Made by a program: the position numbers and the translations under genes. This document shows positions 44,568 to 63,462 of a DNA stretch of 64,000 nucleotides, piece by piece. The first letter of the stretch is position 1. Each line of letters opens with the position of its first letter. Origin of the DNA: Chrysomallon squamiferum (Eukaryota > Animalia > Mollusca); contig CM022667.1 in NCBI GenBank assembly GCA_012295275.1, positions 1,674,001 through 1,738,000 of the forward strand. The letters run 5' to 3'. Under the pieces are notes generated by a model. That model worked only from the letters and a program-made list of their open reading frames with translations, was not told the origin of the DNA and ran no database searches.

Positions 44568-44789
44568 CTGGTATTTACAATATTATTTTGTTGTCCGATA
44601 TGGAAATTCTGCAGCTGTCGGATGTAAGAAAGGTCAAGGTTGATGATTCACGGAAAAATACGATGTCTCGTTAACCGAATGTGGGAGGGTTGATCGAGCG
44701 GTAACTGTGTCAGTTGAAATCGTAATATTAAACACTTTGTCAGAACGACACAACAAACGAAATAGAACTGAAGGGATGCGTGGCAGGGA

Positions 44790-44835
<46 letters not shown>

Positions 44836-44853
44836 GTAGTAGTAGTAGTAGTA

Positions 44854-44895
<42 letters not shown>

Positions 44896-44942
44896 ATAGT
44901 AATAACAACAACAATAGAACAGAAGGAACACGTGGGAGGGAA

Positions 44943-44997
<55 letters not shown>

Positions 44998-45336
44998 TTT
45001 AGCCTACGGTTATAATCTGCGTGTGTGCGTTTACATGTGTGTGTTTGTGTATACTGGCGTAGGTATGAATATATAGTTAAATAGTAAAAATATAATAATA
45101 ATAAGAAATAATAATAGTAGTAGTAGTAATAATAACAGTAGTAGCAGTAAAAGTAGTAGTAGTAGTAGTAGTAGTAGCTGTAGTAATAGCTGTAGTAATA
45201 AAAGTAGTAGTAATAGTAGTAGTAGTAATAGTAGTACTAATAGTAGTAGTAATAATCACAGTAGTAGCAGTAAAAGTAGTAGTAGTAGTAGTAGGAATGA
45301 TAGTAGTAGTAGTTGTTGTAGAAGTAGTAGTAATAA

Positions 45337-45380
<44 letters not shown>

Positions 45381-45400
45381 ATAACAATAACAATAATAAT
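44316..45400. repeat. Cluster of (ATT)n, (AGT)n, (AGC)n and (AAT)n microsatellites
   Basis: Direct inspection; explains the poly-S/I/V/T ORFs. Confidence 0.85.
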
Positions 45401-46536
45401 CGCCAAACATTTGGTTCTACATGACATATTATTATTATTATTATTATTATTATGTTATCCTCAACTAAAAACGAAACTATCGAGCAATTAGATTCCAATA
45501 AGAGGTCAAAGGTTACTCTAATTATGACGTCATAATTCCGTGACGTTTAGATTGCGCGCAACACAGTAGAGTGTATTGCGAGATTTTCGGAATACTGTTT
45601 ATATTAATTTACTGGAGGTTCCGTTTTCCTGATTAATTTGTAAAGGTAAGAATATATCTTTTAAATCCCATTAATCTGTAATTTTACTAGTTTTAATCGT
45701 TTTAACTGCTTAGAGTAACAACTTCTGAACAAAAGAAAAAAAAAAAAAGAAAAAAAAAAGAAGAATACTCAAAACTGTAATTACTTCTTTTAAACATTAA
45801 ATCTTACTGACTGAAAATTTCCACTAATTAATTTAATACTGTTAAATGATAAAATAACATAATGAAACCAAAGATACAGTAAATTTATTCTAGTGTTTAT
45901 GTAATAACACATAAAGCTCATAATGCTATTTGGTGATATTAAAAATGTTTAGTAAGATTTATTGCAGCAGTATAAACTGTATTAAAAAGCATATATATAA
46001 AGTATAACAACAAAAACAACAACAATAAAAATGACGACGACGATGATGATGATGATGATGGTGGTGGTTTTGATTATTAACAGTAATACAAAATTAATAA
46101 AATACAGAGAGAGATCTAAGTATACGAATGAAAGAACGAATGAATGAAGGATTGAATGGATGAATTAATAAATATAATATAATGTAATATAATATAATAT
46201 AATATAATATCATACAATATAATATAATATTATAAAAAAAATAAAATAAAATAAAATAAACGAACGAACGAACGAACGAACGAACGAACGAACAAACGAA
46301 CAAACGAACAAACGAACAAACAAATAAACAAATATACCACTGATACTGTAATATACCGTACCTGTTCCGCACATCCATCCATCTCTCATCTGAAAAAAAA
46401 AAATGCCCAGTTCGAAAACACTCCACAAAGATCTGAAAACCTTTTTCTCCTGCAGCAAGCTTAGCGCCACGAAAATTCATAAATTTATAAACTTAACCAT
46501 TACGCATTCGCAGATAAGAATTTACAATCAACTGAT

Positions 46537-46570
<34 letters not shown>

Positions 46571-47269
46571 CAGGGTATCTACTTACTATTGAAATATAAC
46601 CAACCTACCCAGTCGTGGGTGTTTGCTTAATTTGCCCCCATTGTCTTTTAGCCGGCAGTCACGGCTTTGTGGCGAGTCTGTTAGGCGGATGCTGTTTGAC
46701 ATTAATTTTTATAAAACGATTCTTTTTGCTGTATGCACGGTTAATGTGTGTAGTAATCGCACGTCTGACATTTTGTTGATCATGTTGTGAAAAGGATAAA
46801 GGGTTAAAAAGTCACTCCGTCGAAATTTATCTCTTTTGAATCTGTTTATTTTTTTTAATAAACCATCTCTTCCAAAAAAAGCCGACGCCTTATGCTGTCA
46901 TAGTCACAGCCAGAGACACCTTCCATTTAAATCTGTTTTAATAACCGTCTCCTCTATCTCAGCACATCACATCCATATCAAACCAACATCGACTGTCACC
47001 ACTGTAACAGCAGGTGAACCTTTTCAAAGACATCACACCACATTCAATAAAATCCACGTCACAAATGACTCCTTTGACCATTGCAGCCAAAATCTCCTGC
47101 TACAAACCAACATATTTTATTATCGCAACCACATCAACCGAAGTTTTCTACGATGACCATCAAATCAGTAAAGCGCCTGCATTTCTAATCACATCAGCCA
47201 ACATATTATACCCACCAGGAGCACATCATTCGTTACATTATTCATCATAGCAACCATAATAACTACTAC

Positions 47270-47740
47270 ATTTCACCAGCACAACTAAAGTAACGAACAC
47301 ATAACAGCTTCTCAGCAAAAGTAACAAAGACATTTCACCATCACAACAGAAATAACGAATACATTTCAACATCACAACCAAAGGAACGAACACAAAACAA
47401 CATGACAACAAAAGTAACTAACATATTTCACCATCACAACAAAAGTAACGAACACATTTTACCAAGACAACAAAAGTACGAACACATAACATCATAACAA
47501 AAATAGCCAACACATTTCACCATCACAACAAAAGTAACCAAAACATTTCACCATCACAACCAAAGTAACAAACACATTTCACCATCACAACAAAAGTAAC
47601 GAACACATTTCACCATCACAACAAAAATAACGAACACATTTCAACATCACAACCAAAGTAACGAACACATTTCGACATCACAACCAAAGTAACCAACACA
47701 TTTCAACATCACAACCAAAATAACGAATACATTTCAACAT
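47270..47740. repeat. Minisatellite, ~31-bp unit, ~14-15 copies
   Basis: Unit aacacatttcaccatcacaacaaaagtaacg with variants. Confidence 0.9.
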
Positions 47741-47948
47741 CATATTCACCAGCAACCAACATAGTTCACAGTGACAATCACAGCAGTCAAAACAATTCAC
47801 CATTACAACCAAGCAACTAGTACATTTCACCATAGCAACAGCCTCCATGACGATCAGACCAGTTTACGGCAAAATCATATTCATCTTTATTTATTTATTT
47901 ATTTTATAATTTTCTATTTTTCTATAATTAAATATACATATAATTATG

Positions 47949-47987
<39 letters not shown>

Positions 47988-48269
47988 CAAACAGTGGAGT
48001 ATTTCTACAAACAGAGTTTTACTTTTTACTCATACCTATATTTATCCTCACCCAGTCATCATAGTGCGTAATGAGAATTCCCATTTCTATCGTAAACTAC
48101 ATTTTCTATTTCCTCGTTTTAGTAGACATTTCATCATTTCTCGTTCTAATAATAATAATGATGATGATGATGATGATGATAATGATAATGATAACAATAA
48201 CAAGAAGAAGAAGAAGAAGAAGAAGAAGAAGAAGAAGAAGAAGAAGAAGAATAATAATAATAATAATAA

Positions 48270-48532
48270 AAGGAAATAAAAAGTCATGTACGACACCAGT
48301 TCGGGATCCAGCTGTAGTTTATAAATAACTTTCATTGTATCGTTAATCAAACAGTTTCGTATTTTCTAAATTTAAAACAACCGTATTTAGTCACTGGCTA
48401 ACCGTGTTTTGTAACTTAATATACATCCAAAAACAGTAATTTATACTAAACGTATTGTTTTGTTTCACAAAAAGGTTCATTCTAGTTTCTGTAGTGTGAG
48501 GAAAATAACGATAAATAGGTGGAGAAATAAAA
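48270..48532 (+). repeat. Dispersed repeat copy A (inverted partner at 55560-55842)
   Basis: cagtaatttatactaaacgtattgttttgtttcacaaaa...gaggaaaataa.gataaataggtggagaaataa is the reverse complement of the 55.6-kb segment. Confidence 0.85.
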
Positions 48533-48752
48533 AAAATAAATGATTTAAAAAAAAAATAAAAAATAACTATAAATAAATAACTATAAATAAATAAATAAAA
48601 TCAATCGATAAATGAATTTAAAAAAAAAATTTAAAAATTAAATAACAAATATATATAAAAGAAAGAAAGAAAGAAAGCGAAAAAAAAAAATCATCAAACA
48701 CCACCAAACAAGAACTCCCTAATCACTAACACAAACATAAAGAAAGAAGTAA

Positions 48753-48803
<51 letters not shown>

Positions 48804-48854
48804 AATATGCTTTATATATATATATATATATATATAAAACAAATATGCTTTGAT

Positions 48855-50360
48855 GTAGTACTAATGGTAGTAGTAATGGTAGTGTTAGTGGTAATAGTAC
48901 TAGTAATAGTTGTCGTAGCATCAGCAGAAGTTATTGTAGCTGTTGTAGTGGTATTTTTAATGTAGTAGTAGTAGTAGTAGTATAGTAAAACTAGGTATGG
49001 ACTTGTAGTAAAAGTAACTATAGTTGTTGTAGTTACGTAAAAAACTGTAGTAATTCAAATAATGATACTAGATGACTAGTTGAAGTAGTACTAACTGAAT
49101 ATTAGTACTAGTAGCAGTTATAGTATTATTTACCAGTAGTCGCAGTGCAGTTACTAGTGCTACAACAACAATAGAAATAGTAATTATAGTAGTATAAAGA
49201 CATAGTAGTATTAGTTATACTAAACATTTCTTGTAGAAAGATATTAATATTAGCGGTAGTATAAGCAGTGGAAGTAGTAGTAGTATAGTAGTAGCGGTAG
49301 TAGTATTAGTAAAAGTACTGGTAGTAGTAAATGTATAAATATCAACAGTGGGGATAGCGACAGGCGTAATACTAAAAATCATACTAGTAACAGTTGTAGT
49401 AGTAGTTAATAGTAGTAGTAGTAGTGGTAATAGTGTAAGTATAGTAATGGTAGTAGTTGTAGAACTACTTCTAATAGTGGTATTAGTAATTGCAGTAGTT
49501 GTTATAGCAGTAATTGTAGTAACGGTAGTGGTAATTGTAATACTACTGGTTGTTTATGATGGTAATGGTAGTGGTAATGGTAGTGGTAGCAGTAATAGTG
49601 GTGGTCGTATTAGCCGTCGTGGTTGCAGCAGTAATATTAATAGCAGTATTAGTAAGGTCGGGTTCAAAAGTGGTAGTAATAGTAGTAGTAGTAGTAGAGA
49701 CAGTAGTATCATACGTGTCGTGCAGGTAGGTAAACATAGTAACAGTTACACTGCTAACAATAAAGAACTCGATACGACATGCCGCGGTGTGACCTCTGTA
49801 ATACGAAACTCGTCGTCTCCGCTGTCTGCGTCTTTTGACGCGTTGTGACGTAGTCGCTGTTATGTAGCCATCGTGTGTGTCTGTCTGAAATCATCCTTTT
49901 TAGCACTACGTCAGCACCCCCCAGGGACACAAACGACTTTATACAAAAGTAATGTCTGTCTGACCTTGCGCTAAATTTAATACATGATTACTGAACTCCC
50001 ATTTATCCTACTTAAGATTTTAAAATCCTGTATTATTGTTATTGTTGTTGTATTGTTGTAATTATTATTATTATTATTGTTGTTGTTGTTGTTGTCGTTG
50101 TTATTGTTGTTGTATTGTTGTAATTATTATTATTATTATTGTTTGTTGTTGTTGTTTTGTTGTTGCTTATGCTGTTGATATTGTTATTACTATTACTGTT
50201 GTTTTTGTTATTGTTTGATATTGTTATTATTATTGTTGGTGTTACTGTTGTTGTTGTTGTTGTTGATATTATTATTATTATTATTATTATGGTCGTTGAA
50301 ATTATTATTGTAGTGGTTATTATTCTTTTTATAACTACTGTTGTTGTGGTTATTTGTTGA
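48855..50360. repeat. Degenerate (AGT)n and (GTT/ATT)n low-complexity region
   Basis: Direct inspection. Confidence 0.75.
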
Positions 50361-51770
50361 TATTATTGGTCTTCTTCTCGTTATTATTTAAATTTTATGG
50401 ATTAATCATTTGTGCTGAATATAAGCTTACAATACACTGTGTTTATTTTGGCAATATTATCTCTAGCTTTAGTATAATATTTAAACAGACTGACAATATG
50501 ATGTATTACGCAAAACTGTGAAAGTGTGTTTGACTGTGTAGGGGGGGGGTACGGCGTTTTTGTTCATGACGTACGTAATTCTTACGTATATCGAAAGACA
50601 TATTTTCTCACCTGAAAAAGAATTCTTCAAACCAGCTATTATGGATTTAAAATTAACAGAACCCTTGAAACTCTGAAATGTAATTTTAATTTATGTTAAT
50701 TATGAATTAAACCATGTTTTCCGTGGCCTAGTCTCTATTTATTTTACGTACGAATCGCCATATTGTAATCAGTTTGCGATCACAATGCAGAATATCGTCT
50801 GCTATTTTGCTGCAGTTTAAGTTCATTCATCCATACAACAAAATATAATGAGTCAGGATAGCGTGTTTTAAATATTATGTTTATTATTCATAATGTCATC
50901 TATCTTTTAAATATTCATTTTTTTTTTTTTTTTTTTTTTTCAAGTATCGTAGTGGTTTTCAGAAAAATTTCCTGTTTGATATTAACCCTTTTATGCTCGT
51001 ATCAGAATCTGGAATTTTCCACGGAAAAATACAGGATTCCTGATGAATTTGCCTTTACTTCCTATTGGAGCAAACTGTACAGATGCAGACAGACAAATAC
51101 AAGTACTAGAAATGTGTTTTTTTTTTTTTTTTTTTTTTTTTTTTGTATTCTGATTAGCATTATACGACAATATATCTATAAATGTACAAATAGATGTGGG
51201 TTTTGTTTTGGTTTTGTTTTGGTTTTAACATGGTATTCTGATTAGCATTATACATACTAATATATCTAGCGTGTATGTACAAATGTATGGAAGAGTGAAT
51301 TTATATGTATACGTTGTGTGTGTGTGTGTGTGTGTTAACATGGTAGATAGAGTTAACATGGTATAGAGAGAGAGAGAGTATGTATATTATACGTTGTATA
51401 CATGTGTGTGTGTGTGTGTCTGTCTGTCTGTTCTTTCAGTCTCTCTCTCTCTCTGTGTAAAACAACCAACTTATAACTCACAAGTATTTACAACAAACAT
51501 ATTTTCCTGAACTATTCATGCAAACAAATTGTTTACTGAATGACCAGAATGACAGCCAGAATTACAAAGAAATAAAATTATCTCTTTTTCTTTGTTGAAA
51601 GAGAAAAATATCTGAAAAATTACAGTTAATACATAAAATAGACCCGAATATTTTGTTTTTTATTGATAACAATGGAAATACATGTTTTTACGACAAAAGA
51701 GGACACTCGAAAACTGGAAGGAAACATCTGGCATAGTAGACACGCAATTGTTTTGTTCCCCCAACAACTT

Positions 51771-51802
<32 letters not shown>

Positions 51803-52242
51803 ACGAAGTCACGTGATTGTCGCGTTCATTCTCAGCGTCTGCTTATCTCAACAAAAATCCTCAATTAAAAGCAGTTTTCATTCTTTCTTGTAAAAGCGTT
51901 TATTTTTATTTTTATTTTTATTTTTATTTTTATTTTTTTATTTGTTTGACTTTGTTGAAATAACATAAATTCAAGGTGAACGGGAGACACGTGAAACTTG
52001 GGACGGATGGATAGGGTGGGTGGGTGTCGTGGGCTTGTAAGCTTATGACGCACATGGATGACTGGATGTGAACAAAATCCTGGATAAAGTGAGATCATTG
52101 AAGAAAATGGCGGATAATTGATATGTCTTCTGGTGTCATCTAGCGAAGACAATTTGTTTAATTCGTTTAGAAATCTAGACAAAAAAAAAAAAAAAAAATG
52201 AAAGAAAGAAAATACACATATACATATACATACATACATACA

Positions 52243-52278
<36 letters not shown>

Positions 52279-52581
52279 TATAATACAAAATTTAAAAAAA
52301 ACAAACAGAATCAACTTCATTATAAGAATCATAATTATGGTGACGACGACGTTGCATATATGTATGTTAGCTTTGAATGACTGCTACTTTTACTATGACA
52401 ATAACAACTACTTCTGCAATTACCACCATTAATACTACTGCCACTGTCTAACTGTTATAATAACAATCGTTTCTATTCCTCTTCTTCCACTTCTAATTAT
52501 TGTTATTCTGTTATTCTTTGTTTTCTTCTGCTTCTGTTATTATTATTATTAATTAATATTATTTCTTTAATATTAATTAAC

Positions 52582-52618
<37 letters not shown>

Positions 52619-52914
52619 TTATAATTATTATTATTATTAAGAATCTTTTCGCATATGTGTATGGTTTGATATAAATAAATTTGTTTTAAATATTAAATTA
52701 GATTTTAAATTAGATCATTTCGTAATTTCTCGCATTTTTAGACAAGGTGAAAGACTATGTGGCTTCCCGGAAGTGTGTGTATCTGGTTATGCTAAATACG
52801 TTTTAAATAACCGCAACAGTCACTCTTTGTTTACAATAAACAGATTTATGCAGGAAATAACATTTTTAAACAGTGTGATATCACTTTGTGTGGATAAATA
52901 AAAATATATTGCCC

Positions 52915-53995
<1,081 letters not shown>

Positions 53996-54662
53996 GACAC
54001 ACGCAATATCTCAGATCAGGTGAACTGTATGTAATTGAAGTTCTACGTGGTTGATTTTAAATCGTTTCGTATTACAACGTATAGACCAGTCTCGTCTTTC
54101 CCTGATCTGACTGATACAGTTTCACAGACAAATCATTTCGATCACTCGTGGCGTGCGACCCAATTCACAGATCTGGAAAAGAAGTTTCTCTCCATATTCA
54201 GTTAATAATGTCCGTCTTTCTATATATTCCACTGCACATAACATACCACTGGCTATGCAAATCTTTATATATCTGTCTATCTGTCTAGTTTATCTCTCTG
54301 TCTATCTATCCATCCTTCCATCCATCCATCCATCCATCCATCCATCCATCCATCCATCTACCTACCTATCCCTCTCTGTCTGTCTGTTTATGTTTGTCTC
54401 TCTGTCTGTCTATCTGCCTTTCTTGCGCCTCCCTCTGATCCCAGATTTTCTTACAGGTTAAAGAACTCATTGGTGTATGAATGATGTTGTGTTTTTTTTA
54501 TTAAGCAGTGTAATAATTTCTCACTGAAAGGAATTTAAATAGTTTTTTTCAGAGGATATTAAATTACATAAACGATATAAAAGAAATTCCGTTGCGAGAT
54601 CACGAAAGGTTTGTATGAGTATTATGTTTCTGTGATGTCTATGTTTATAACAGGAGAGAATG

Positions 54663-54817
<155 letters not shown>

Positions 54818-55559
54818 TATGTACGTACATATATTCGTACGTATGTAAAACTGTATGTAAATGCTGGATGCATATCAAAAGACTGAGTTAACATAACATT
54901 GTACGCACAAACAACTTAATAATAAATACAAAGAAGAGGAATATTGCTTGTTTTGATTGTCATACAGAAATATAACTCTACTAAGGTAAAAAAAAAAAAA
55001 AAAAAAAAAATAATAATAATAATAATAAATTTAAAAAAAAGAGAGAGAGAGAAAAAAAACCACAAAAAAACCCCACCCTATCAAGTTACACACTGAAAAC
55101 AACCATCTCTATAACGAAAAGAGCATAACGCTGGAAGCTGTCACAAACGGTAACCTAATGACATGCGCAGTATAGTTTATCAAGTTTAACCTTTAAGAAT
55201 AACCTTTAAGGTCATATTCGGCGTGCTAACCTACTAACCCAGTGACCTGCTAACCTGCCGATTGATGACGTAAACAACTCGGTTTTCATTCTCTTTTCAA
55301 CTTGGTAAGTGTCGTTTCACATTAATTAACTAATAAAGAAAAACATACTGTTAAAATAACAGTAATACCAACAGCAGCAACAGCATCAACAACAACAGCA
55401 ATAACAACAACAACATCGTAACACAATACTAAAATAATAGTAACAGTAATAATAGGTTTTTGTGCTTACAAAAATAAATAAATAAATAAATAAATATAAT
55501 GAATTTAATATATATATAATATATATCTTTCTTCTTTTGTTTTTAAAATCATTTATTTT

Positions 55560-55842
55560 ATTTTATTTCTCCACCTATTTATCTTTATTTTCCTCACGCT
55601 ACGGAAACTAGTATGAATGTTTTGTGAAACAAAACAATACGTTTAGTATAAATTACTGTTATTGGATGTATATTAAGTTACACAATACCCTTAGCCAGCG
55701 ATTACATCCGGTTGTTTTGAATTTAGAAAATAAGAAACTGTTTAGTTAAACTCCGTCGGTGTTAGATACGCAGACACAGTTAAAGTTATTTATAAACTTC
55801 AGCTGCATCGCGAACTCGTCTCGTACATGACATTTTATTTCC
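55560..55842 (-). repeat. Dispersed repeat copy B (inverted relative to 48270-48532)
   Basis: Reverse-complement similarity to copy A, with a short extra segment near 55750-55775. Confidence 0.85.
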
Positions 55843-55954
55843 GTTTATTATTATTATTATTATTATTTTGTTGTTGTTGTTATATACCAGTTGATAGATA
55901 GATAGATAGATAGATAGAAAAACGTCAACACAAAAATGAAAATAATTTTCTCTG

Positions 55955-56336
55955 ATGTATGTATGTATGTGTGTATCTTTGTATCTATGTGTGTACGTTT
56001 GTATGTATATTTATATGTATGTGTGTGTATGTATGTATGTTTGTATGTATGTATGGATATATGGATGTATGGATGTATGGATATATGTTTGTATGTATAT
56101 ATGTATGTGTGTATGTATGTATGTTTATATGTATATATATATATATTGATGTATGTGTATATGTTTGTATATATGTACGTGTGTGTATGTATGTGTGTAC
56201 GTTTGTATGTATGTATATATATGTATGTATGTATGTTTGTATGTATGGCTGTATGGATGTGTCTTTGTATGTGTGTATGTATGTATATATGTATGTGTGT
56301 ATGTATGTATGTATTGATGTATGTTTGTATGTGTGT
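55955..56336. repeat. Degenerate (TATG)n/(TG)n tract
   Basis: Direct inspection. Confidence 0.9.
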
Positions 56337-56399
56337 CAGTCAGTGAGGTTTGATTATTCATACGCTGTCGAAAGACATACAAACAAACTTCTGAACTTA

Positions 56400-59875
<3,476 letters not shown>

Positions 59876-59913
59876 CCATGTTCCCTTTTATACGTCTTCT
59901 GTATACATGTGTA

Positions 59914-59965
<52 letters not shown>

Positions 59966-60197
59966 CACATAATGATATTTGATCTCACTTCTGTTTTTCA
60001 GACAGTTAATACAAATGACACACGTTCCTCTTTCATTCAGCGTCCTCGTTTCCTTCTCACAGTTAAACATATCGATAACATCTGAACACAGGTCATTTAT
60101 TCTTTTTATTTGTGTTTATTTTTCAAATTTAATGGGGGTTTGGGGGGATTTTTCCGTTGCTAAAAGGAAAAAAGTCAACGATATCAATACAACATAC

Positions 60198-60340
60198 ACG
60201 GGGCGGATCCAGCATAAAGGGAGACAACTTTACAAAGAACACAGAATCAGGACGTAAACAGGGACACACGGGTATCAGATCACCGCTTACAAAGATCAAA
60301 TCTTCAGGGTAGGAGGGGCACTCCCCTAGAACCGCCCCTG
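60198..60340. mobile_element. Small MITE-like element with imperfect terminal inverted repeats
   Basis: Left end ggggcggatccag (60200-60212); right end ctagaaccgcccctg (60326-60340), whose reverse complement is caggggcggttctag. Non-coding interior of ~110 bp; no clear target-site duplication. Confidence 0.5.
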
Positions 60341-60981
60341 AATTTTTTTTTTTTTTTTTTTTTTTTTTTCAGGTATTGTTTTATATCCATACAAACAGAG
60401 GAAGGATTTAGAATTTCAGAAATAGCGGAAACATCATTATAAAGAATAAAAAAAGAAAGGAAAAAAAAAAAGAAAGATAGAAAGAAAAGCTTCATGGTGT
60501 AAACAGAGAAACAGGGATTCTGAATACGCTCCCTTGGAATCTCCCGTAAATGTTATTTTCGTCATTACATTATGTCCGTACTTCGAAAAGAAGGCAGAAT
60601 GTAATTTATAAAGATTTATGTGGGGTTTTTTTTTTTTTTTTTATTTTTTTTTTTTGTGTGTGACAAAGCAACACGTTGTACAGGCCATTCACGAAGTACG
60701 TTGTGACTGTAGTTATTATACATTACTGGTATTCTTAATTTTGCTATATTACACGGCCAATCCTCTGTCCCAGTCACTGGTCATTCAGGTGAGTGCAGCT
60801 TGTGAAGGTCGCAGTTTGTTTGTTTAGGTGTTTGGGAGTGACCGGGGTCGCAAGCTTATGACAGTCATCCTGAAGAATGTAAGATACAAAGTGAAGAGAA
60901 ACGATTTTTAAAAAATAAAATATTTTAAAACGTTATTTATTGTTTGTTATATGTAGACGTTAAATAAACTATATATGTGTG

Positions 60982-61033
<52 letters not shown>

Positions 61034-61196
61034 AACACATATACGTATACATATACACACACATTCATATTAATCTATGTGTTTATAGGTAGGCAGCTGA
61101 TATTTCATACTTGTATACGGTAGTATACGTTTTTAGTCCTAATCATAAATATGTCAATCACATATAGACGTACACACATACATACACAGAGGCACA

Positions 61197-61252
<56 letters not shown>

Positions 61253-61444
61253 TTTTATTTATATACACACTGAGGAACGAAATATAGCTCAGTGACTCAG
61301 TGTTGGATCCAGTTTGCTTTTTAACATTCCAGCTAATGCACTGTTTATAAAACATTCACGTCCTTCGTTTACATTAAAACGTACACACAGGCGTAATACG
61401 CACACAATACACACAGTCTGCATCCACATATAATTTACACACAC

Positions 61445-61483
<39 letters not shown>

Positions 61484-62129
61484 GCACGCCACACACACAA
61501 TATAATCTATAACTCTTAATACTGTAATATTTCATTATGACAAATTACACTCGTCTGCTCTAATTGCATTTAAAAGTGTTTTCGGATGTGAGCTCGACAG
61601 TCGTCGTGTTGACTCGGCTTTTCAAGTGCCCGGATGACGTTTAGCAGCCGATAAGAATTATTTCCGGCATTTGTGCCGTGTGCACATTAAAAACTGATAA
61701 AGGAAGTTGGAGTGTTAAAATTTTATTTATTTGCCCGACGCAGTTTTACATGTTAATAATATATAAATACAAAAAAAAAAAGATATTGTTGTTGTTGTTA
61801 TTATTATTAAAGATAATTGTTGTTGTTGTTTTTTTTCTTATTATATGATTACTGATATTGCTATTTATATTACTATTATTACTGTAAAAATAATAAATAA
61901 ATAAATAAATTGTAATAAAATATAACAGAATATAAATAAATAAATAAATAAAATAAAATAAATAAATAAATAAAATGAAGTGAAATGAAATAAAATAATA
62001 AAAAAAAAAATTAAATAATCCCTTTACCCACTCAAAACCCCATAAAACAAAAAGCAGAAAAACAACAACAAAAAAATCCCCAGAAAAAAAAAAGAAAAAA
62101 GAAAAATAAAAACATAATAAAAGGAAAAA

Positions 62130-62427
62130 AAAAAATTCATAAAAGCCCAAGAACAAACAAAAACGAAACAAAAAACAACAACAGAAAATAATAATAATAA
62201 TCATGATGAATGATAATACATAACTAAAACGATAATAATAATAATAATAATAAAAAAAATAATAATAAAAGATTAAATTAACTAAGAAATAAATAAAAAA
62301 TAAATAAATAAATAATACAAAAAATAATAACAAAAAAAAAAAAAGGAAAAAAAAAAAAATTAAGAAAAGCCCAAGAACAAACAAAAACGAAACAAAAAAC
62401 AAACAACAAAAACAAAATAAATAAATA

Positions 62428-62469
<42 letters not shown>

Positions 62470-62551
62470 CATAATTATAAAAATGATGAAGACGATGATG
62501 ATGATGATCATAATAATAATAATAATAACAATAATGGTAATAATAATAATG

Positions 62552-62615
<64 letters not shown>
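62130..62615. repeat. A-rich local duplication plus (AAT)n microsatellite
   Basis: aaaagcccaagaacaaacaaaaacgaaacaaaaaacaa occurs at ~62141 and ~62365. Confidence 0.75.
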
Positions 62616-62617
<2 letters not shown>

Positions 62618-63462
62618 GATTAAAATAAATACATAAATAAATAAATAATAAATAATAAAAATATAATAAAAACCACCAACAGCATACTAAAACTGGAAAT
62701 TTAAAAACCGGGAAACAAATTGGAAACTTAAGACACATACAATTTGCTTGAAACACTATCACTCAGGAAAAACATGCTTGGATCTCTTTGAGACAACACT
62801 TGAGTAACACCAAATACAACTTTATTATATAACTTTAAAAAAAAAAAAAAAAAAAAAAATAAAATAGAGACCCCCCAAAAACTCAAAAACGTATTTGTGA
62901 GAGATATACATGTCGCTGCAGTTGGTTTTAACGATACTTTTATTATAATCAAGAGTATCAGTGACACTAGAGTTCGTCTTAGCTCAGTAGCTGCTGATGT
63001 TTTTCTTTGAATTATACTTGACGGTGGTAAGCTCGTCTGTCTATGCATTTATGATACAGTTGTTCACTGTTTGTTTTGTTTTTTTAAACAAACATATTGA
63101 GAAGAAAGATATATGTGTACACAAAGCAGTTGGAAAAACCAAGTGACGTCGTAAGAAAAAATACAAATATATAGAACTCTTGTGCACATAAAGATTCAGA
63201 ATCTTCTCCCAGGGTTTGGTTCTATCTTTTCGTGTTTTTTTTTTTTTTTTTTTTTTTGTTTTTTTGATTATCAAGCTCCATGGTATACCCATTCCTGTTT
63301 GCATCAAGGTGCATATTATATATTGCATATATACACACATATGTGCATATATATATATATATATAAGAAAATAATAATAATAAAAAACAGAGATAAATAC
63401 GTAAAAAAAAAAAAACAGTGCACAAAACAAAGAAACAGACGTTTTCTTTAGTCATGTGAATA

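Noticed and set aside
47270-47740. 31-bp repeat array as a CRISPR-like locus
   Set aside because: Head-to-tail units with no unique spacers, eukaryotic context, no cas genes.
49348-49848. 166-aa ORF resembling a membrane protein
   Set aside because: Derived from degenerate (AGT)n low-complexity sequence.
46630-50992. AAAGGGTTAA (~46797-46806) and TTAACCCTTT (~50982) as piggyBac-like ends
   Set aside because: They face outward, so they cannot bound one element, and no matching partner ends or transposase are seen.
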